This document shows, piece after piece, positions 38,465-47,649 of a stretch of 54,141 nt of DNA. The stretch spans positions 1 to 54,141 of IMG/VR virus record IMGVR_UViG_3300027833_000066; one strand, written 5' to 3'. Below the pieces are notes generated by a model, which searched no databases, was not told the origin of the DNA, and saw nothing but the letters and a program-made list of their open reading frames with translations. Source of the stretch: a virus (Duplodnaviria; Caudoviricetes). Positions within the stretch are counted from its first letter, which is position 1. Every line of letters starts with the position of its first letter. The translations under genes were made by a program, and so were the position numbers.

Positions 38465-38704
38465 ATGATAATGCAGTTATTACGAGATGAAAATAATCGA
38501 CCGTTTGTAAAGATGGATTTATATTCAGATCTTGTTGATGAGTTGTTTGTAGTTAAAACACGTTCGGTCATCAAAGATCTTGAAGAATATCTAGATGAAC
38601 CTTTGTCAGCGCATCCGGAAGATCTTAAAGTTTATACTGAGCAAATTGCAGCTCATCGTAAAATTTTAGAATGGCATACGCCGAATGACGAGTGGGAGAG
38701 CTAG
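38465..38704 (+). CDS. Hypothetical protein
   Basis: GAGGA RBS; 79 aa. Confidence 0.7.
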   Translation: MIMQLLRDENNRPFVKMDLYSDLVDELFVVKTRSVIKDLEEYLDEPLSAHPEDLKVYTEQIAAHRKILEWHTPNDEWES

Positions 38705-38707
38705 AAA

Positions 38708-38938
38708 GTGTTATATGTAGATTACAAGTTCGAGATAACTAGACAAGGGATATGTTTTGTGGATTCTAACTCTGAATTAGAACCCCACAACATGATGAAA
38801 ATGCCTGAAGGTTATCATATAGGTGATACTTTTGTGTTATGCCAAACAGCAAATGGAAATGTATTCCTAAGAAGAACTGATCATCACGTCTTATTTAATG
38901 AAGAGTTTGAATCAGAGTATTATTCCTCATCTGAATAA
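38708..38938 (+). CDS. Hypothetical protein
   Basis: GTG start, GGGAG RBS; 76 aa. Confidence 0.65.
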   Translation: MLYVDYKFEITRQGICFVDSNSELEPHNMMKMPEGYHIGDTFVLCQTANGNVFLRRTDHHVLFNEEFESEYYSSSE

Positions 38939-39007
38939 TTGGTGCACTCGGCATTGGGTTTCATTCCTCAATTAAAATAAACGAATGGATGGTGCCCAGG
39001 AGATAAT

Positions 39008-39148
39008 GTGAATAGAACAAACGGAGTATGGTTACTCCGAGTATTACTGATGATATGGTTATCGTTTTCTGTAAAGAATACAGATGATCTATATGGCGTA
39101 AGATATAGTATGAGAAGTTTTGAAGAATGTAAAAAGGTGCAAAAATGA
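39008..39148 (+). CDS. Small hypothetical membrane peptide (46 aa; not in the ORF track)
   Basis: AGGAG RBS, GTG start, hydrophobic stretch VWLLRVLLMIWLSF. Confidence 0.5.
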   Translation: MNRTNGVWLLRVLLMIWLSFSVKNTDDLYGVRYSMRSFEECKKVQK

Positions 39149-39306
39149 TTATTAAAGATAAACCGCGCGCAAAACCAAATCCGGTTAAAAAGAACATGGA
39201 TAAGTTTCATAAGCCTGCAACGCATAAAGACGAAAGTAAATACGATCGTAAAGACTTTAAGCAAAAGCAACGTAAATTGACTGATCTAAATTGGGATGGC
39301 GAATAA
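39145..39306 (+). CDS. Small basic protein (53 aa; not in the ORF track)
   Basis: MIIKDKPRAKPNPVKKNMDKFHKPATHKDESKYDRK...; coupled at both ends (ATGA, TAATG). Confidence 0.65.
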   Translation: MIIKDKPRAKPNPVKKNMDKFHKPATHKDESKYDRKDFKQKQRKLTDLNWDGE

Positions 39307-39614
39307 TGAGTCCTAAAGATATAAAAACAATTGCTCCTGAAGAACTACAAAATTCAAAGAGAATTTATAAGAGTGCTACACCAAAGCAGACTCTTGATTG
39401 GTATGTCAAATGGGTAGCTTCTGTATTTGTATTAGCCGCAATGTCGATAAGAGGTATTGATGGTTTACAAATGTATGATTTAGCTTTATCTGCATGCGGT
39501 ATTATGTTATGGTTGTGGGTATCTATTCTGTGGAAAGATCGAGCGTTGATTCTACTCAACGGAGTTGGTCTAATGTTTTTATTGAAAAATTTAGCACAAA
39601 GCCTTTACATTTGA
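39306..39614 (+). CDS. Small three-TM membrane protein
   Basis: DWYVKWVAS..WLWVSILWKDRALILLN. Confidence 0.75.
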   Translation: MSPKDIKTIAPEELQNSKRIYKSATPKQTLDWYVKWVASVFVLAAMSIRGIDGLQMYDLALSACGIMLWLWVSILWKDRALILLNGVGLMFLLKNLAQSLYI

Positions 39615-39632
39615 AGCAAACTGTGTTATAAT
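39604..39632 (+). promoter_or_regulatory. Early/middle promoter of the glycosyltransferase operon
   Basis: TTTACA-17 nt-TATAAT with TG extension. Confidence 0.85.
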
Positions 39633-39663
39633 AGATCTATTATTAAAAAGGTGAATTTACATT

Positions 39664-41055
39664 ATGAAAATAGCGTTTATATTCGGTAAAGGTATCGATG
39701 GATGTGGAGTTACAAGAGGCGCTCTCATATTCGAAAAGTATCTAGCTGATGCTGGCCATGAATCAATTATATTAGATTTTGATAATGGTCAAAGTTTTGG
39801 TAGAGCAAAACATGCTCAATGGCTAGGACAAGTATACAAAATTGCTAAAAATGATACTGATGTTAGTAATGAAATTATCAATGCTGTAAACAGTTGTGAC
39901 ATGTCAGTATTTCATTCTCATCCAACTCGTAAGCAAGCTCCATACGTAGATCGATATAGAAGATTCTTAGAAAAAGTCGATACGTTAAAAATTATGCATG
40001 ATCATTCGATCGCAAAAACAAACATTAATGCTATACCACAAGCCTGTGAAATCTTTTCTCATGCTGATACTGCGGTGATTCAGTCACTCGATGGTTTTAG
40101 TAAAGAAGCTTATACCAACTTTGATCCAGGGTTATCTAATAGATTAATAGAAAACCCAATATGGATTGTTCCAGAATCTATGGATAAGTTTCGCAAATCA
40201 TATTCTGAAAGGGAAAACCACTTGTTGTATCTTGGGAGAATGTCTCCTTTAAAAGATCCAGCAATGATTTGCCGTATTCAACCTCATATGAAAGATTGGA
40301 AGTTATCCATCATAGGCTGCGAAAACTCTATCTCTTCAGTGAGCATGTATTCTGAAGATTTAACGATCAATCCATCTCCATATGTTCCAGCGTTTCGTCC
40401 TATGATATACCAACATTCTTTAAATAAAGATGGCGGTTATAACTTGAATGAAAAAGAACAAGCTAAAGATGGTAAAATTAATTCTTATGATAGTTACCTT
40501 TATGATTGGGGTATGGAACAGCTTGGCTCTTGCAAGGCCTCATGGTGTGGCTACAAGCTTTCGAACGCTGATGAGTATGGTACACGCATGGAATATACCA
40601 TGATTGAATCATTCCTATTAACTCTACCTATTATGAATCGACACTTTGCAGATAATGCTTATGCGCCAGATGGTAGAAAGTGGGGTGCTATTGAGGGACC
40701 TTTAATATCACAAGCTAGAGAAGAAGAAGAGCTAGCTGATATCCTATTGTCTATGAGTGAAAATGAATGGAACGAAAGAACTGAAGCATGTAGAAAACTT
40801 ATATTTGATTTTAACAATATTGAAACTCTAGGAGCTAAGTTCTTATCGCAAGTACAAGCTATGGGATCTAGATCTAAAATAAGTGCCATAGATAGAATTA
40901 GTGAATATTTTCCAGATGCTCCACAATTAAGAAAAGAAGGTGAAATTATTATGTCTTCTGCTGTAGGAACACTAAAGAAAAAACAGCATATAATGATAGA
41001 TGGAAAGCAAGCTGAATATAAAGCTCCGGTTAATTCCTTAGAGGCATTTTTTTAA
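39664..41055 (+). CDS. DNA glycosyltransferase, T4 alpha-glucosyltransferase-like (GT-B)
   Basis: GKGIDGCGVTR (T4 a-gt RGLEGCGVTK), MHDHS (QHDHS), YLGR...K, MEYTMIE (LEYTHLE). Confidence 0.85.
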   Translation: MKIAFIFGKGIDGCGVTRGALIFEKYLADAGHESIILDFDNGQSFGRAKHAQWLGQVYKIAKNDTDVSNEIINAVNSCDMSVFHSHPTRKQAPYVDRYRRFLEKVDTLKIMHDHSIAKTNINAIPQACEIFSHADTAVIQSLDGFSKEAYTNFDPGLSNRLIENPIWIVPESMDKFRKSYSERENHLLYLGRMSPLKDPAMICRIQPHMKDWKLSIIGCENSISSVSMYSEDLTINPSPYVPAFRPMIYQHSLNKDGGYNLNEKEQAKDGKINSYDSYLYDWGMEQLGSCKASWCGYKLSNADEYGTRMEYTMIESFLLTLPIMNRHFADNAYAPDGRKWGAIEGPLISQAREEEELADILLSMSENEWNERTEACRKLIFDFNNIETLGAKFLSQVQAMGSRSKISAIDRISEYFPDAPQLRKEGEIIMSSAVGTLKKKQHIMIDGKQAEYKAPVNSLEAFF

Positions 41056-42089
41056 TGGAACATAATAAAAGATTGATAGTAGATTTTGATGATACTTTAG
41101 CGCATACCAAGAATAGAGATTGGGAAAACGCTGAACCTAACTGGCCATTGATCAATAAGTTAAATGATCTATCTAATTCAGGTTGGACAGTTGATATCTT
41201 TACAGCACGTGGTTCTATATCATGCTCTTCAAGAGAAGAAGCTGCAGAAAAGTATAGCTTACAGATTCGTGATTGGTTATCAAATAACAATGTGAAGTAT
41301 AATACGCTAAGCTTTAATAAACCATTAGGCGCTTACTATATTGACGACAAAGGTATATCCCCAGAAGATTTTATCACCACTGATATAAGACAACTCGAAG
41401 GTGGATTGTCTGGTTCAGATATTTACACCGATGGAAAGTTAGTACATAAAACTGATACTAATGCATTAGCAGTTCAGCAATGGTTTTCTGATGTTGACTC
41501 TTGGCTTCTTACGCCAAAGATTGAACGTGTAGTTGGTGATACTATTACTATGGAATATATTGATCATGATGAAGATTTTTTTATTAATAATTTTTATGTT
41601 TCTCTTGCGTTAATTCAAGAATCATTAGATTCAATGAAAAGAATCCCCAGCTCCAGCCCTTTTAGTTTTAGCAGTTACTGTGATCGGATTGAAGACCATG
41701 CTCATCTAGCACAGGTTCATTTATATGTCGAAGTGGTAGAATTACTAAGAACTATATGGAATTTAAATTCCTCGTTCTCTCATGGAGACTTTGGAATAAA
41801 GAACATGCTTTTTACTGAAGAGCATAATGAATTAGTTCTTATTGATCCTATTCCTAATATGTTTGGTTGTACTGAATTAGATGTAGCTAAATTTTTAGCA
41901 TCGCTACGAGTCAACTATCCAAGAATGGATCGTTGGGATATGGCATTTAAAACTTTAGCAACATATAACAACATTGAATTGGATTTGTTAAGCGTGTTGA
42001 CAGCGGCTGAACTTATAAGAATTCATAAGTATCACCCAGAAAAACAATTTATTATGGAGCAAGTTAAGTATGTTTTTGAACAAAAATGA
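41055..42089 (+). CDS. HAD phosphatase fused to an APH/choline-kinase-like kinase
   Basis: HAD motifs VDFDDTL, FTARG and KP..YIDDK; kinase motifs GGLSG, HGDFGIKN and LIDP. Confidence 0.85.
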   Translation: MEHNKRLIVDFDDTLAHTKNRDWENAEPNWPLINKLNDLSNSGWTVDIFTARGSISCSSREEAAEKYSLQIRDWLSNNNVKYNTLSFNKPLGAYYIDDKGISPEDFITTDIRQLEGGLSGSDIYTDGKLVHKTDTNALAVQQWFSDVDSWLLTPKIERVVGDTITMEYIDHDEDFFINNFYVSLALIQESLDSMKRIPSSSPFSFSSYCDRIEDHAHLAQVHLYVEVVELLRTIWNLNSSFSHGDFGIKNMLFTEEHNELVLIDPIPNMFGCTELDVAKFLASLRVNYPRMDRWDMAFKTLATYNNIELDLLSVLTAAELIRIHKYHPEKQFIMEQVKYVFEQK

Positions 42090-42498
42090 TTTACCGATTG
42101 GTGGCAAAGTTGGATTCACGTGTTCAACGTTTGATCTATTTCATGCTGGTCATATCGTAATGCTACAAGAAGCTAGATCACTATGCGATTATTTAGTAGT
42201 AGGTTTATTAATTGATCCAACAGTTGATAGACCTGATTCTAAGAACAAACCAATTCAAACAGCATTTGAACGTTATGTTCAATTATCAGCATGTCGCTAT
42301 GTAGATGAGGTTATACCTTTCTCAACTGAACAAGAACTTGTAGATATGATTCTAACAATCAATCCTGATATAAGAATCGTTGGAGAAGAATACAAGGATA
42401 AAGAACATACAGGAAAAGGATTAACTCCTGTCCATTATAACAAAAGAAGGCATTCGTTTTCTTCAACAGACCTTAGAGAGCGAGTAAAGAAATCATGA
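42070..42498 (+). CDS. TagD/RfaE-like nucleotidyltransferase
   Basis: TFDLFHAGH (HxGH), LVVGL, RYVDEV, SSTDLRERV. Confidence 0.9.
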   Translation: MFLNKNDLPIGGKVGFTCSTFDLFHAGHIVMLQEARSLCDYLVVGLLIDPTVDRPDSKNKPIQTAFERYVQLSACRYVDEVIPFSTEQELVDMILTINPDIRIVGEEYKDKEHTGKGLTPVHYNKRRHSFSSTDLRERVKKS

Positions 42499-43691
42499 AT
42501 TATGCATCTATAGTACCACTCATTGGTGGTGAAACAATTGCAATGGAACAAGTTTTTGGGAAAAGGCCAGAATATATCATGTCTTATGATGGGTTTTTTA
42601 ATAATGATCAGCACATTTTAGAGCATTATAATAATGAAGTACCATATTATAATTTGTCTCAGGTGACTGAGAAGATGAAACAAGTAGACGTAGTAAATGC
42701 GGTATGTCCTTGTGCTGGCCTTTCATCCCTTTCTCCTGCAGCTGCTTCGGATAATTCAGCAAATGATTGGATGGTTGAAAGCGCTAAGTATGTTTTAGGA
42801 ACAGTTAAGCCTAAAGTATTCTGGGGAGAGAATGCTCCAAGATTAGCAAGTAAGATGGGTGAACCTATTGTAGAAAGACTACGTAGAATTGGTTCTCAAC
42901 ATGGTTATACCTTCTCTTTATTTAAAACTAAGTCTAAGCTTCATGGTTTAAGTCAGGTTAGAGATCGATCTTTTTACTTCTTTTGGAAGAGTGAAACAAC
43001 GCCGCTTATTCGATATACTTGGAGACCTCATCAACGCATTGAAGATTTGATTATGTCAGTAGAGCGTAGAGAAGATGATCCAATGAACATCTTGACTAAT
43101 CAAAAGAAGCCAACCGATAATCCATATTACAAATATATTTTAGAAGTTATTCATCCAGGAATGACTCATCCAGAATTTGCGGCTCAGTTAGAGAGATCAG
43201 AAAACGTGTTAAGTTATATCGAAGAAAAGCTAGGTAGAACTACTTGCTATAACATCGTTGGTGATTGGATGACTGAGCATGGATACGAACGTGAAGCTAT
43301 TAAATGTAAACGCATGTACGCTAAGCTAAAAGCTGGTGGTAACATTATGCGTAAGACTACTGAAATTCCTAGTAGTTACATTGGAGCTTTCGTTGGCCAC
43401 ATGCCAACAATGTTAACGCATCCTGTAGAAGATCGGTATCTTACGATTCGTGAATGTTTGACCATTATGAAACTACCTGATGATTTTATATTACAAGGTG
43501 GACTACGCAATCTAAATCATATATGTCAAAATGTCCCAGTTACAACAGCTGCTGATATGGCTCAATCTATTAAGCTATTCTTAGAAGGTAGATTAGAGAG
43601 TGTTGATTCAAGCTTCGTTGTTCAAGACAATAAAAATAAAATTGAAAAATATGAAAAAAACAGTTTACAATTAACTGAATTTATGTTATAA
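42495..43691 (+). CDS. C5-cytosine methyltransferase-fold protein with atypical motif I
   Basis: CPCAGLS (IV), ENAP (VI), QVRDRSF (VIII), RYLTIREC..LPDDF (IX), QNVP (X); motif I reads VPLIGG. Confidence 0.8.
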   Translation: MNYASIVPLIGGETIAMEQVFGKRPEYIMSYDGFFNNDQHILEHYNNEVPYYNLSQVTEKMKQVDVVNAVCPCAGLSSLSPAAASDNSANDWMVESAKYVLGTVKPKVFWGENAPRLASKMGEPIVERLRRIGSQHGYTFSLFKTKSKLHGLSQVRDRSFYFFWKSETTPLIRYTWRPHQRIEDLIMSVERREDDPMNILTNQKKPTDNPYYKYILEVIHPGMTHPEFAAQLERSENVLSYIEEKLGRTTCYNIVGDWMTEHGYEREAIKCKRMYAKLKAGGNIMRKTTEIPSSYIGAFVGHMPTMLTHPVEDRYLTIRECLTIMKLPDDFILQGGLRNLNHICQNVPVTTAADMAQSIKLFLEGRLESVDSSFVVQDNKNKIEKYEKNSLQLTEFML

Positions 43692-43692
43692 T
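43664..43692 (+). promoter_or_regulatory. Early/middle promoter for bS21-uvsX
   Basis: TTTACA-17 nt-TATAAT, overlapping the end of the MTase-like gene. Confidence 0.8.
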
Positions 43693-43723
43693 ATACCTTA
43701 TAAACTAATAAAACGAGAAAACT

Positions 43724-43993
43724 ATGCCAAGTGTAAAATTAACAGCAGAACCCCAAAAATATCGGAAAGGTCAGAAATCGCGACCACCTCAAGATATGCC
43801 ATTCGATGTCGCGATGAGAAAGTTTAAGAAAGCCGTAGAAGCTGCTGGTGTTCTTCAAGACGTTAAGCGTAAAGAATACTATGAAAAGCCGACATGGAAG
43901 CGTAAGCGTAAGAAAGCAGAAGCTCTGGCCAGAACAAAACGTCAGCAGCAAGCTAATGATATGGGACCTAATGGTCGTAGGAGAATGTACTAA
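43724..43993 (+). CDS. rpsU: Phage-encoded 30S ribosomal protein bS21
   Basis: [41 protein letters not shown]. Confidence 0.9.
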   Translation: MPSVKLTAEPQKYRKGQKSRPPQDMPFDVAMRKFKKAVEAAGVLQDVKRKEYYEKPTWKRKRKKAEALARTKRQQQANDMGPNGRRRMY

Positions 43994-45060
43994 TGTCAGT
44001 AATGGATAAATTGAAAAAGAATTCAAAGATTAAAACTACAGCCGTTCTAGCTGATAGCATCTTCTTTGGCGAAAAGACTATGACCAAAACAGAAGTGCCA
44101 ATGATTAACGTTGCGCTTTCAGGAGATCCAGATGGTGGACTTACTTCAGGACTTACAGTTCTTGCCGGCCCATCAAAACACTTTAAGACTTCATTTGCCT
44201 TATTGATGGCTGGTGCATATCTTAAAGAGCATCAAGACGCAGTGTTGTTATTCTATGATTCTGAGTTTGGTTCTCCACAATCGTATTTTGAAGCATTCGG
44301 TATTGATACTAATCGTGTACTGCATACTCCAATTACAGATGTGGAACAACTTAAGTTTGATCTAGTTGGTCAGTTAGATGCTATTGAACGTAAAGATAAA
44401 GTCGTTATCATTATTGATTCTATTGGTAACCTTGCTTCTAAGAAGGAACTAGAAGATGCTTTGAATGAGAAATCAGTTGCTGATATGTCTCGTGCTAAAG
44501 CTATTAAAGGTCTATTCCGTATGGTAACACCTTACTTGACTATGAAAGATGTGCCTCTATTAGCAGTCAATCATACATATCAAGAAATGGGTCTATTCCC
44601 TAAAGCAGTTGTTTCAGGTGGAACAGGCATTTACTACTCAGCTGATAATATCTGGATTCTAGGTCGTAGACAAAATAAGACCGGAATGGAAGTTACAGGT
44701 TATGATTTTATTATCAATGTTGAAAAGTCACGAATGGTTAAAGAAAAATCTAAGATTCCCGTATCGGTTTCTTGGGATGGTGGTGTTGAACGAAACAGCG
44801 GTCTACTTGATATTGCTCAAGCTGGTGGCTTTGTAGTCAAACCTAACAATGGTTGGTATTGTCGTGTAGATCAAGATACTGGTGAAATGATTGAACCAAA
44901 GGTGCGAGAAAAAGCTACTAGAGAAGATGAATTCTGGGAACCTATTCTTAAGACTCAAAAGTTCAAAGACTTTTTAATTAAGCAGTACCAGATTGGCCAT
45001 AAATCTTTAATTGATTTTGACCCAGAAAGTCCTGTACAAACAACTCAAAATGGTGTATAA
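43993..45060 (+). CDS. uvsX: RecA-like recombinase UvsX
   Basis: AGPSKHFKT, YDSEFG, IDSIGNLASKKE, VSGGTG. Confidence 0.96.
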   Translation: MSVMDKLKKNSKIKTTAVLADSIFFGEKTMTKTEVPMINVALSGDPDGGLTSGLTVLAGPSKHFKTSFALLMAGAYLKEHQDAVLLFYDSEFGSPQSYFEAFGIDTNRVLHTPITDVEQLKFDLVGQLDAIERKDKVVIIIDSIGNLASKKELEDALNEKSVADMSRAKAIKGLFRMVTPYLTMKDVPLLAVNHTYQEMGLFPKAVVSGGTGIYYSADNIWILGRRQNKTGMEVTGYDFIINVEKSRMVKEKSKIPVSVSWDGGVERNSGLLDIAQAGGFVVKPNNGWYCRVDQDTGEMIEPKVREKATREDEFWEPILKTQKFKDFLIKQYQIGHKSLIDFDPESPVQTTQNGV

Positions 45061-45061
45061 T
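45033..45061 (+). promoter_or_regulatory. Promoter embedded in the uvsX 3' end
   Basis: TGTACA-17 nt-TATAAT. Confidence 0.65.
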
Positions 45062-45063
45062 AG

Positions 45064-45378
45064 ATGGATAATCAATATAAGCTAGTTGAACATCCTGGAT
45101 CTGATTTCTATGCAATTCATTTAACAGATGAATCCCCTTACAAGGACGTAAGGGTTATCTATGGAACAGTTAAAGTTTTAGAGTCTGTTGAAATAGATTC
45201 TGCCACTTTATCGTTTACATATAATATCAATGACCCAGGGGAATTTGATGATAGCAAGCTAACTAAAGATCCAGACTTTAATAATTATCTTGGCGATCTA
45301 TTAACACATATTATAAGTGAGGGAACAATTGGAAATATCAAGTCAACTACCAACGCACATACTGAATCATCTTCTTAA
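45064..45378 (+). CDS. Hypothetical protein between uvsX and gp41 (gp40-like position)
   Basis: 104 aa ORF; YGTVKV..LSFTY..FNNYLGDLL. Confidence 0.65.
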   Translation: MDNQYKLVEHPGSDFYAIHLTDESPYKDVRVIYGTVKVLESVEIDSATLSFTYNINDPGEFDDSKLTKDPDFNNYLGDLLTHIISEGTIGNIKSTTNAHTESSS

Positions 45379-46729
45379 TAATGATGATTATTGTCGTAGA
45401 GTAATACCGTACATTCAAAAGGAATACTTTGAGGGTACGCACAAATTAGTATTTGATCTTATTGTGAGTTTCGTTGGAGCTCACAATAAGCTTCCTACAA
45501 GCAGAGTATTAGATCTAGAATTAACTAAAGTTTCTGCTCCTGAAGATGTGTTAAACCAAGCATCACGTTTGATCAATGAAATCGCAATTAAGTCTGATGT
45601 TGATACTGAATATCTTATTAATGAATCTGAAAAGTGGTGTAAAGATCGTGCAGTATATCTTGCGATTATGGATTCCATTCAAATCATTGATGGTAAAGAT
45701 GAAGAACGTAGCGATGGTGCTATCCCTGAAATACTCTCAAATGCATTAGGAGTTTCGTTTGATCAAGCCATCGGCCATGATTACATCGATGATTCTGATG
45801 CTCGTTTTGAGTTCTATAATAATGTTGAAGAAAAGATTGAGTTTGACCTAGATTACTTTAATAAGATTACAAAGGGTGGATTACCTAACAAAACATTAAA
45901 TGTCTGCTTAGCAGGTACTGGTGTAGGTAAATCTCTATTCATGTGTCATGGCGCAGCTGGTGTTTTACAGCAAGGTAAGAACGTACTGTACATTACAATG
46001 GAAATGGCTGAAGAAAGAATCGCTGAACGTATTGATGCTAATCTAATGGATCTACCAATCCAACAATTAGAAACTTTACCTAAGAACGTATTCAGTGAAA
46101 AGATCGCTAAGATCGCACAAGCTAACCTAGGTAAACTAATTATCAAACAGTATCCTACCGGTAGCGCACACTCTGGTCACTTCAGAGCTCTATTAAATGA
46201 GTTGAAGCTTAAGAAGAAGTTTGTACCATCTATGATCTATATTGATTATCTCAATATTTGTTCATCTTCTCGTATGAAAGCAATGGGTGGGAGCATCAAT
46301 AGTTATACATATATCAAAGCTATTGCTGAAGAGTTAAGAGGATTGGCCATTGAGTTTAATGTTCCAATCATGACAGCAACTCAAACCACACGATCAGGCT
46401 TTGGTAATACTGATGTTGGATTGGAAGATACTTCTGAATCCTTTGGTTTACCAGCAACTGCTGATTTAATGTTTGCTCTAATTGCTACTGAAGAATTAGA
46501 TGAATTGAATCAAGTTATGGTTAAGCAGTTGAAGAATCGTTATAACGATGTAAGTAAATACAAAAGGTTCGTAATCGGTATTGATCGAGCACGCATGAAG
46601 TTATATGATGTAGAGGAATCGGCTCAATCTGATATCATGTCAGATATGGCTATTCCAGATGTTCCCATAGCAACATGGGGCGATAGAGAAAAGAAAGATA
46701 AGTCATTTGATTTTAATTTTGAAGGTTAA
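45317..46729 (+). CDS. gp41: Replicative helicase gp41 (alternative TTG start 45329)
   Basis: AGTGVGKS, ITMEMAEE, IDYLNI, ATQTTR, SESFGLPATAD, KQLKNRY. Confidence 0.97.
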   Translation: MREQLEISSQLPTHILNHLLNNDDYCRRVIPYIQKEYFEGTHKLVFDLIVSFVGAHNKLPTSRVLDLELTKVSAPEDVLNQASRLINEIAIKSDVDTEYLINESEKWCKDRAVYLAIMDSIQIIDGKDEERSDGAIPEILSNALGVSFDQAIGHDYIDDSDARFEFYNNVEEKIEFDLDYFNKITKGGLPNKTLNVCLAGTGVGKSLFMCHGAAGVLQQGKNVLYITMEMAEERIAERIDANLMDLPIQQLETLPKNVFSEKIAKIAQANLGKLIIKQYPTGSAHSGHFRALLNELKLKKKFVPSMIYIDYLNICSSSRMKAMGGSINSYTYIKAIAEELRGLAIEFNVPIMTATQTTRSGFGNTDVGLEDTSESFGLPATADLMFALIATEELDELNQVMVKQLKNRYNDVSKYKRFVIGIDRARMKLYDVEESAQSDIMSDMAIPDVPIATWGDREKKDKSFDFNFEG

Positions 46730-46744
46730 TAAAAGGAGAAATAT

Positions 46745-46909
46745 ATGGATTGGTTAAAGAAAAGAGCGCTGGAAAGAACAAGTATTGATGGTATTACTAT
46801 CATTGCTATTTGTGGTTCTATTATTTTGTTTGGCGGTATTGCTAAAGTACTAGCTTACTTAGGATTACTTTATGGCATCGCTGCTATTACTATTAAAGAA
46901 AAGGATTAG
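46745..46909 (+). CDS. Small two-TM membrane protein (54 aa; not in the ORF track)
   Basis: AAGGAG RBS; MDWLKKRALERTSIDG followed by hydrophobic helices. Confidence 0.7.
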   Translation: MDWLKKRALERTSIDGITIIAICGSIILFGGIAKVLAYLGLLYGIAAITIKEKD

Positions 46910-46914
46910 TATTA

Positions 46915-47571
46915 ATGAAAGTAAAGCTTATATCATATAGTCAACCACCTGCAGAAAGTGAACTCAATGATGATCTTCTGCAGATGGTTGCATATTGCGC
47001 ACGTGTTTCAAACCCTAACAATCAAAATAGTGAAGGGACTTCTGAAAAACTAGTAAAGTATCTAATGAAGCATCAACATTGGTCTCCATTAGAAATGGTA
47101 TCGGTTTGTATGGAAATTGAAACAACTCGAGATATTGCACGCCAGGTCTTAAGGCATCGATCTTTTTCATTCCAAGAGTTTAGTCAGCGCTACGCTAAGC
47201 CGGAAGAGATGGGTGAAGGTTGGCCATTTATTGTAAGGGAAGCTCGTCTACAAGATACAAAGAATAGACAAAATTCTATTGCGACTGATGATGAACTACT
47301 ACAACAACATTGGATCCAGCAACAAAAGAAAGTTATTGCTACTGCTCAAGGCGCATACAACTGGGCTATTGATAACGGTATTGCTAAGGAGCAAGCTCGT
47401 TGTGTATTGCCGGAGGGTAATACCATTAGCCGTATGTATATGAACGGTACTTTGAGAAGCTGGTTACATTATATAGATCTAAGACGATCTAATGGGACTC
47501 AACAGGAACACGCTGATATCGCTCTAGTTTGCGCTGACGTGATTTCTAAGATCTTTCCTATAGAGTTATAG
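46915..47571 (+). CDS. thyX: Flavin-dependent thymidylate synthase ThyX
   Basis: HWSPLE, RQVLRHRSFSFQEFSQRY, EQAR, GTLRSWLHYIDLR. Confidence 0.96.
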   Translation: MKVKLISYSQPPAESELNDDLLQMVAYCARVSNPNNQNSEGTSEKLVKYLMKHQHWSPLEMVSVCMEIETTRDIARQVLRHRSFSFQEFSQRYAKPEEMGEGWPFIVREARLQDTKNRQNSIATDDELLQQHWIQQQKKVIATAQGAYNWAIDNGIAKEQARCVLPEGNTISRMYMNGTLRSWLHYIDLRRSNGTQQEHADIALVCADVISKIFPIEL

Positions 47572-47578
47572 GCATAGC

Positions 47579-47604
47579 GTGACCAGATTGTGAGATCTGG
47601 TCAC
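47579..47604. repeat. Perfect 10-bp inverted repeat upstream of an early promoter
   Basis: GTGACCAGAT-TGTGAG-ATCTGGTCAC. Confidence 0.8.
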
Positions 47605-47649
47605 CTTTATGTGAAAATAAATGAAAATAATCCTTTACAAAGGTCATAA

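Noticed and set aside
38939-39007. Possible second tRNA or structured RNA in this gap
   Set aside because: Only weak pairing (GCAC/GTGC) and no T-loop or cloverleaf; cannot be supported by eye.
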